A DNA stretch of 64,000 nucleotides from an uncultured Bifidobacterium sp. (lineage in GTDB: Bacteria; Bacteroidota; Bacteroidia; AKYH767-A; OLB10), in the NCBI GenBank assembly GCA_964534995.1, contig CAZHSC010000003.1, positions 4,252-68,251 on the forward strand, in the 5' to 3' direction. Under the pieces are notes generated by a model that worked only from the letters and a program-made list of their open reading frames with translations, did not search any database and was not told where the DNA came from. Position numbers and translations under genes: made by a program. Of the stretch, positions 58,828-64,000 are shown in pieces. Within the stretch, counting starts at the first letter, position 1, and every line of letters starts with the position of its first letter.

Positions 58828-59695
58828 CTGCTATGACACAATACGTGCCGGGTAATTGCTGAATAAAATGCTGCCCTGCTTCCACACCCATCACATAAAC
58901 GGCGGTAGCCAGGGCATCGCTGAGTTCTGCCGAGGGACTGAATACACTGACACTGCGTATACCCTTAAGCGGTAGTCCCGTTTTCGGGTGCAGGGTATGA
59001 CTGTACTTCTCTCCTTTGTGCATAAAGAATTGTTCATAGTCGCCGGAAGTGGCTACGGCGAAGGTGGGCATGTTTACTTTCATCAATAAACGTTTCTTGC
59101 CGGGATCAGCAATGCCTGTCTGCCAGTTGCTCTCATCCGCTCTCTTGCCCATTACACAGAGATCTCCACTGGCATTGATGACGCCTCCATAAAGTCCCAT
59201 CGCCTTCCATTTTTCACGAACCCTGTCCGCGGCATAGCCTTTGCCAATCGCCGCGAAACTGATCTTCATTCCTCTTTTTTCGAGACAAATGCGGTTGTTG
59301 CCAAGTAAGACCACATGACGAAATCCGGTCCTGGTTAATGTTTCGTTCAGCACATCAGTATCCGGAAAACGACCTTCTTCACATTTAAAATGATATAGTT
59401 TTTTTAATGGACCAATGGTGATGTCGAATGCGCCCTGCGATATCTCTGATATTTTTTTGCAGCGTTCCAGCAAACGATATACCTCTCCGTCGATGGTGTA
59501 AATCTTATGCGCTTCCATGGCGTTGATGCGCGCTGTTTCTGAATCGGAACTGAATTCGGTCAGCAGCTTTTCTATTCGCAAGACTTCTTCTTTACCTGCG
59601 TTAAAAAAAATATCCGCCTCCTGTTCATCAGCGGTGATGACGATAAACTCAAAGGCACTGCCCATCAATTTGCACCGGTGTCTGAACTCTTTCAT
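58790..59695 (-). CDS. apbE: FAD:protein FMN transferase (ApbE family)
   Basis: 301 aa. ApbE motifs (ISFAAIGKGYAADRV; DFQPFSF... GDLCVMG). 4-nt overlap with the upstream thioredoxin gene. Confidence 0.8.
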   Translation of the reverse strand: MKEFRHRCKLMGSAFEFIVITADEQEADIFFNAGKEEVLRIEKLLTEFSSDSETARINAMEAHKIYTIDGEVYRLLERCKKISEISQGAFDITIGPLKKLYHFKCEEGRFPDTDVLNETLTRTGFRHVVLLGNNRICLEKRGMKISFAAIGKGYAADRVREKWKAMGLYGGVINASGDLCVMGKRADESNWQTGIADPGKKRLLMKVNMPTFAVATSGDYEQFFMHKGEKYSHTLHPKTGLPLKGIRSVSVFSPSAELSDALATAVYVMGVEAGQHFIQQLPGTYCVIADENNQVYTNLPA

Positions 59696-60093
59696 GGTTG
59701 GTGAAGCAGTGATTTTATCTCGGAAACTATGGCTGAGCTGCCCTGACGATGGTAAGGTATGATTTTGAAAGTATTTCCCTGAACTAAAACTATTTTTGGA
59801 AAAACCCCTTCCGGATTGAAACGTTCGGCTAATGTGGTGTTGCGTGCTACCTCTTCTTCCGGGAGCGAACGGTGCTGTGGGAAGTCGGCGATGAGAAGTG
59901 ATGTGTTTTGGGAGGTGAAGGATAGAAATATGGAGTCCTGTAGTACGTTTTTTTCAAGATACATGCAGTTCACGCACCAATCCGATCCGGTAAAAATGAT
60001 AAGATTCGGTATATTATCTTTTTGTGCGCTAACTAATGTTGTGTTTGCCAGTAATAGTAATATATAATAAAAGATATATATTAAGTTTCGCAT
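59692..60093 (-). CDS. secreted thioredoxin-fold protein (CxxC)
   Basis: Signal peptide (ILLLLANTTLVSA). Redox motif GSDWCVNCMYL. First gene of the four-gene operon. Confidence 0.65.
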   Translation of the reverse strand: MRNLIYIFYYILLLLANTTLVSAQKDNIPNLIIFTGSDWCVNCMYLEKNVLQDSIFLSFTSQNTSLLIADFPQHRSLPEEEVARNTTLAERFNPEGVFPKIVLVQGNTFKIIPYHRQGSSAIVSEIKSLLHQP

Positions 60094-60179
60094 CGAATTG
60101 TTACAGTTGGTATTCTTAATGAAACTGCACTTATAAATATTTTGAAATTTGATCGTTATAAAGATTTATTTTCGGCTAG

Positions 60180-60350
60180 AATTCCTACTTAAACACAGCG
60201 GGCGCAACGTCGCGAATTCTCGCGATCGCAACGGGTGCAATGGATGAATGGGAAATTTTACGACTACTTTGTCTCCTCTCTTTTTATTCGTTCTTCCTCC
60301 CAGAGAGCGAAGCGAACGATCCTCCCCTCCCCCAGCCAACGCAGAGAGCG
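60180..60350. repeat. GC-rich palindrome-containing intergenic element, possibly related to the 47.6 kb element
   Basis: GCGCAACGTCGCGAATTCTCGCGATCGCAACGG contains the near-palindrome CGCGAATTCTCGCG. CGCAACG-type motifs are shared with 47.55-47.60 kb. AGAGAGCG and CGCAGAGAGCG repeats. Confidence 0.3.
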
Positions 60351-60355
60351 CTCCA

Positions 60356-62032
60356 CTATTTCAATCGTTCACGAATATCGAGGCGATGTTTGCGTGCGGT
60401 ATCCGTAGCGATATCATAACCTGCATCCATATGTCGGATAACGCCCATCGCGGGATCATTGTGTAAGACTCTTTTCAGGCGTCGTGCTGCATCGTCGGTT
60501 CCATCGGCAACGATGACCATTCCCGAATGAATGGAATAGCCCATGCCTACGCCACCACCGTGATGAAGACTCACCCAGGAAGCTCCGCCGGCTGTATTGA
60601 TCAGGGCGTTCAGTATGGGCCAGTCAGCAACAGCATCGGAGCCATCGAGCATTGCTTCTGTTTCGCGGTTGGGACTTGCAACAGATCCGGTGTCGAGGTG
60701 GTCGCGGCCAATAACAATCGGCGCTTTTACTTTTCCGGTTTTTACGAGTTCGTTGAAAAGGAGTCCCGCTTTTTCACGGTCACCTTGTCCGATCCAGCAG
60801 ATGCGTGCAGGTAAGCCCTGGAAGGCGATGCGCTCCTGTGCCATCTTAATCCACCTGTGTAGCCCGGTATCATGCGGGAATAATTTCAGGATGGCTTCAT
60901 CCGTAACTTTTATATCTTCCGGGTCCCCACTAAGTGCCGCCCAACGGAATGGGCCTTTTCCCTCGCAAAAAAGCGGACGAATATAGGCAGGTACAAAGCC
61001 AGGAAAGTCGAATGCGTTTTCTACGCCGCGTTCCTGGGCCCTCCCGCGGAGGTTGTTGCCATAGTCAAAGGTGATGGCCCCTTTCTTCTGCATCTCCAGC
61101 ATCAGCAACACATGTTCAGCCATGGAGTCGTAAGCCATTTCAATGTACCTTGCCGGATTTTTTTCCCTTAATACATTGCCCTCTTCTACCGACAATCCCT
61201 CGGGAAGATACCCCACCAGGGGATCATGAGCCGAAGTCTGGTCGGTAAGCACATCCGGAATGATATTTCTTTCTTTTAGTCGCTGCAGTAATTTTATGGC
61301 AGTGCAAATGATCCCGATCGACTTGTTTTCACCTTTCTTCTTAAACCCGAGGGCGAGGTCGATGGCTTTGTCGATATCCTTTTCGATAAAATCAAGATAC
61401 CTTGTTTCCACCCGCTTTTGCGCGCGCCATTCTTCCACTTCCGCTGCCAGACATACACCTTCGGCCATGGTGATGGCCAGTGGCTGTGCGCCACCCATTC
61501 CTCCCAAACCCGCGGTGACACACAAGCGGCCTTTTAATGTGCCGCCAAAATGTTTTGCGGCAACTGCGTTAAAGGTTTCATAAGTGCCCTGCACGATTCC
61601 CTGCGAACCAATGTATATCCATGATCCCGCTGTCATCTGACCATACATCATCAATCCTTTTTTCTCCAACTCGTCAAAGACCTCCCAGGTAGCCCATTTC
61701 GGTACCAGTTGCGAGTTGCTGAGGATAACGCGTGGCGCATCTTTATGAGTAGGAAGAATAGCTACGGGTTTACCGCTTTGTATCAGTAAGGTCTCATCCT
61801 CGTTCAGGTCCTTCAGGGCCTTAACGATCAGGTGAAAGGCCTCAACATTACGTGCCGCCTTCCCTCTGCCTCCATACACAATCAAATCTTCAGGGCGCTC
61901 CGCCACCTCAGGATCCAGATTGTTATGCAACATACGTAACGCGGCTTCCTGTACCCAGCCTTTGCAATTCAACGTTGTGCCGGTGGGCGTTTTGGTTTTG
62001 GAGAGGTCGAGTTTTTGGGCGGTTTCCTGCAT
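60356..62032 (-). CDS. hutU: urocanate hydratase
   Basis: Highly conserved urocanase sequence from [20 protein letters not shown]... onward. Start placed at the internal ATG at 62030..62032 because the 51-aa N-terminal extension in the track is not urocanase-like. Confidence 0.9.
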   Translation of the reverse strand: MQETAQKLDLSKTKTPTGTTLNCKGWVQEAALRMLHNNLDPEVAERPEDLIVYGGRGKAARNVEAFHLIVKALKDLNEDETLLIQSGKPVAILPTHKDAPRVILSNSQLVPKWATWEVFDELEKKGLMMYGQMTAGSWIYIGSQGIVQGTYETFNAVAAKHFGGTLKGRLCVTAGLGGMGGAQPLAITMAEGVCLAAEVEEWRAQKRVETRYLDFIEKDIDKAIDLALGFKKKGENKSIGIICTAIKLLQRLKERNIIPDVLTDQTSAHDPLVGYLPEGLSVEEGNVLREKNPARYIEMAYDSMAEHVLLMLEMQKKGAITFDYGNNLRGRAQERGVENAFDFPGFVPAYIRPLFCEGKGPFRWAALSGDPEDIKVTDEAILKLFPHDTGLHRWIKMAQERIAFQGLPARICWIGQGDREKAGLLFNELVKTGKVKAPIVIGRDHLDTGSVASPNRETEAMLDGSDAVADWPILNALINTAGGASWVSLHHGGGVGMGYSIHSGMVIVADGTDDAARRLKRVLHNDPAMGVIRHMDAGYDIATDTARKHRLDIRERLK

Positions 62033-62053
62033 TGCCTTTTTGATTTTATTTCG

Positions 62054-62061
62054 CAAATTTA
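62054..62061 (-). promoter_or_regulatory. candidate -7 box (TAAATTTG on the minus strand) for hutU
   Basis: The plus strand reads CAAATTTA, 22 nt upstream of the proposed hutU start. Matches TAnnTTTG. Confidence 0.25.
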
Positions 62062-62262
62062 GGTGAAAAGAAGCTGATTTTTCTACTCCCGATAAAGGGC
62101 TCCTGCATCGGGGGTTCCTTGAACAGGGTGCGATGACCGGCTTATTGTTTGGCTTTACCTTCCCTTGACTCCATATCCCAACCACGTTCCTGTTTTCTTT
62201 TTAAAACTTTAATTTTCTTTCCCGGAAAAATGACGGGACGGACTTTTGGGCGGAACGGTAAT

Positions 62263-62427
62263 TTATTTTACTTTCTCTTTGCGATCTGTTTTTGATTTCC
62301 AAGGGCAATGCCGGCAGCCACTCTGGCAGCAATAACCTCTTTTCAGGTGGTATTTTTCGGTAAAAACAATAAATCCTTCCGGCGAAAAGTAATAGTCTTC
62401 TTTGTCAAATTTATCGGTGAATGCCAT
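62263..62427 (-). CDS. unannotated 54-aa Cys-rich protein (CCxxGCxHCPW motif; DUF5522-like)
   Basis: Manual translation gives MAFTDKFDKEDYYFSPEGFIVFTEKYHLKRGYCCQSGCRHCPWKSKTDRKEKVK with a TAA stop. It is missing from the ORF track, probably because it is under 60 aa. Confidence 0.45.
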   Translation of the reverse strand: MAFTDKFDKEDYYFSPEGFIVFTEKYHLKRGYCCQSGCRHCPWKSKTDRKEKVK

Positions 62428-62551
62428 TTTATTGTGTTTAACCTGAATTATTTTTTTGAGGTACGGCTGTTGAAATTATTGTGAATGTTGTAGGTAAGGA
62501 CGCAGCAGGATGTGCATCGAAAATTTACCTTTGCAAAATAACATCATAGTC

Positions 62552-63142
62552 ATGAAAAAGTTTAGCCGTTTAGTAGTATTATCAATAGGACTTACCGGAA
62601 TGCTATTGCAATCAGGTTGTTATGGATCATTTAAACTGGTTGGGAAAGTGTATGAGTGGAATGGCTCCATTGAAGATAAGTTTGTAAGATCTATCGTTTT
62701 CTGGGCATTGTGTATCATCCCCGTTTATCCGGTGGCCGCCTTTGTTGATGCGGTGATTTTTAATTTGATTGAATTTTGGTCGGGTTCAAATCCTGTGTCC
62801 ATGAAAGAAGGACAGTACGAACAGCAAATCGTTCATTACCGAAACAGGACCTATCTGCTGGAAGCAACAAAAAACCGTTTCAGTGTAACTGAATTGAAAT
62901 CCGGTAATAGAGGTAAAACAGTGCAACTGGTATATACTCCGCAAAATTACACCTGGAACCTGGAGCAGGACAATAAACTGATTGCTGTTTCCAGCTTCGA
63001 AAAAGGTAAGTATGGTGAGCTTTCCCTGCGTGTGTTTTCCAAAGACGGAAATTCAAAGCTGCTGCCTCATCCTCAAAACATCAGCTGGACAGCATTTTCT
63101 GAAAGCGAATTAACGGAAACTGCCATGAGGGTCCGGCCCTGA
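62552..63142 (+). CDS. DUF3332-like lipoprotein
   Basis: Start at the internal Met (MKKFSRLVVLSIGLTGMLLQSGC, lipobox). Motifs GCYGSFKLVGKVYEWN and IIPVYPVAAFVDAVIFNLIEFW. Confidence 0.5.
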   Translation: MKKFSRLVVLSIGLTGMLLQSGCYGSFKLVGKVYEWNGSIEDKFVRSIVFWALCIIPVYPVAAFVDAVIFNLIEFWSGSNPVSMKEGQYEQQIVHYRNRTYLLEATKNRFSVTELKSGNRGKTVQLVYTPQNYTWNLEQDNKLIAVSSFEKGKYGELSLRVFSKDGNSKLLPHPQNISWTAFSESELTETAMRVRP

Positions 63143-63172
63143 TCCGGTTTTTTAAGCGTCGGTAGATCGTAT

Positions 63173-64000
63173 ATGCAAATTCCGGGGACTGATCCTGGCA
63201 ACATACGGATTGATACTGTAAATGTGGAAATCCGGCAAAAAATCTATGGTCTTTCCGTGTTAAGGCTGGATCTTATTCATTCCTTGAGCGGAGGTAATAA
63301 GTGGTTTAAGTTAAAAGAGAATATTAAGAAGTTTTATCAGGGGAACTATTCGGGGATTTTGAGTTTTGGAGGCGCTTATTCGAATCATATTGCCGCACTG
63401 GCTGACGTGTGCCATGCCCTGAAAATACCGGTTACAGGGGTGATACGCGGCGAAGAAGTGCCGGGCCTGAATACCACACTCTCCAGGGCACGTGCCGCAG
63501 GCATGCATTTGAAGTTTGTGAGCAGGGATGCGTATCGCCGGTATCGAAATCCGGAAGCGTGGCCATCACTGTATCATGAATTCGGAAATGTTTTGATCAT
63601 ACCCGAAGGTGGGTCCAATGTAGAAGGTATTGAAGGATGCAGAGAGATAGCAAAATACATTCCTGACCATTTTAGTCATGTGGCCCTGGCAGTTGGAACA
63701 GGTGCCACTTTATGCGGATTGGCATCGGGATTATACGGACGTGCGAAGTTGATAGGAATAAAGGTGGTGGATGCGCGACAGGAGGAGTTGATATTTTCCC
63801 CTTCGGGCCATCAAGGGTGGAAGGGAAATAACATTGTATTCAGCAATGAGTTTGTTTTTGGAGGATATGCGAAGAAAAATCATGCCCTGGATATCTTTGT
63901 AAATAATTGGAATTCAAATAACAGTGTTTTAATTGAGCCGGTGTATACCGGGCGTTTGTTTTATGGCATAAAGACAATGCTCGAGGCGGGTTATTTTGCG
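63173..64000 (+). CDS. PLP-dependent 1-aminocyclopropane-1-carboxylate deaminase / D-cysteine desulfhydrase family protein (3' partial)
   Basis: Manual translation from ATG 63173 gives MQIPGTD...SGGNKWFKLKENI...SFGGAYSNHIAALADVCHAL...GGSNVEG. The Lys in GGNKW and the GG.SNH motif match this tryptophan-synthase-beta-like family. The ORF runs off the window end. Confidence 0.7.
   Translation, partial: MQIPGTDPGNIRIDTVNVEIRQKIYGLSVLRLDLIHSLSGGNKWFKLKENIKKFYQGNYSGILSFGGAYSNHIAALADVCHALKIPVTGVIRGEEVPGLNTTLSRARAAGMHLKFVSRDAYRRYRNPEAWPSLYHEFGNVLIIPEGGSNVEGIEGCREIAKYIPDHFSHVALAVGTGATLCGLASGLYGRAKLIGIKVVDARQEELIFSPSGHQGWKGNNIVFSNEFVFGGYAKKNHALDIFVNNWNSNNSVLIEPVYTGRLFYGIKTMLEAGYFA

Noticed and set aside
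60356-62185. 51-aa N-terminal extension of hutU ([15 protein letters not shown]...) in the ORF track.
   Set aside because: The extension is not urocanase-like and overlaps the upstream candidate promoter. The conserved protein begins at MQETAQKL, so the start was moved to 62032.
1-64000. Search for tRNA, rRNA, CRISPR arrays, transposases or integrases as island markers.
   Set aside because: No cloverleaf-compatible T-loop (GTTCGAATC-like) segments in the intergenic regions. No direct-repeat/spacer arrays. No DDE or tyrosine-recombinase motifs in any ORF. The AT-rich island therefore has no recognisable mobility gene in this window.

Overview
This 64 kb window looks like a Bacteroidota chromosome segment. 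The evidence is T9SS C-terminal sorting domains on several secreted proteins, a DUF4290-murA pair, a TonB-ExbB-ExbD operon, and Bacteroidetes-type TAnnTTTG -7 promoter boxes. Most of the window is housekeeping: exbB-exbD-tonB, acs, plsC, mtgA, purL, an APC permease, a pdhA-E2 pair, fadD-like, fabK-like, cdd, grpE-dnaJ, murA, uvrD/pcrA and hutU. Between about 41.3 and 57.0 kb there is a cluster of genes for large secreted proteins. It contains a BNR/Asp-box plus PKD protein and a lysyl-oxidase (LOX) family catalytic domain carrying a dockerin-like calcium-binding module and a T9SS sorting domain. It also contains a roughly 2,320-codon beta-helix, clan GH-A glycoside-hydrolase and Ig-like repeat protein with a T9SS sorting domain, which is split into three same-frame ORFs by two single TAA codons. 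A lactonase-like beta-propeller T9SS cargo follows. The 47.8-57.3 kb part is visibly AT-rich relative to the flanks. It is bounded by a GC-rich element full of inverted repeats (47.55-47.74 kb) and by short tandem oligo-repeats (57.0-57.3 kb). Next to it on the minus strand is a compact thioredoxin - ApbE (FAD:protein FMN transferase) - DUF4266 lipoprotein - DUF3570 outer-membrane barrel operon (57.35-60.09 kb). This is a conserved but functionally uncharacterised envelope module. Other items: a cupin/JmjC gene interrupted by an in-frame TAG, an unannotated 54-aa Cys-rich ORF between hutU and a DUF3332-like lipoprotein, two tandem paralogous polytopic membrane proteins next to purL, and a strong bidirectional terminator between a GNAT gene and dnaJ. 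I found no rRNA, tRNA, CRISPR or transposase genes. Every family assignment comes from motif reading of the translations. No database search was run.
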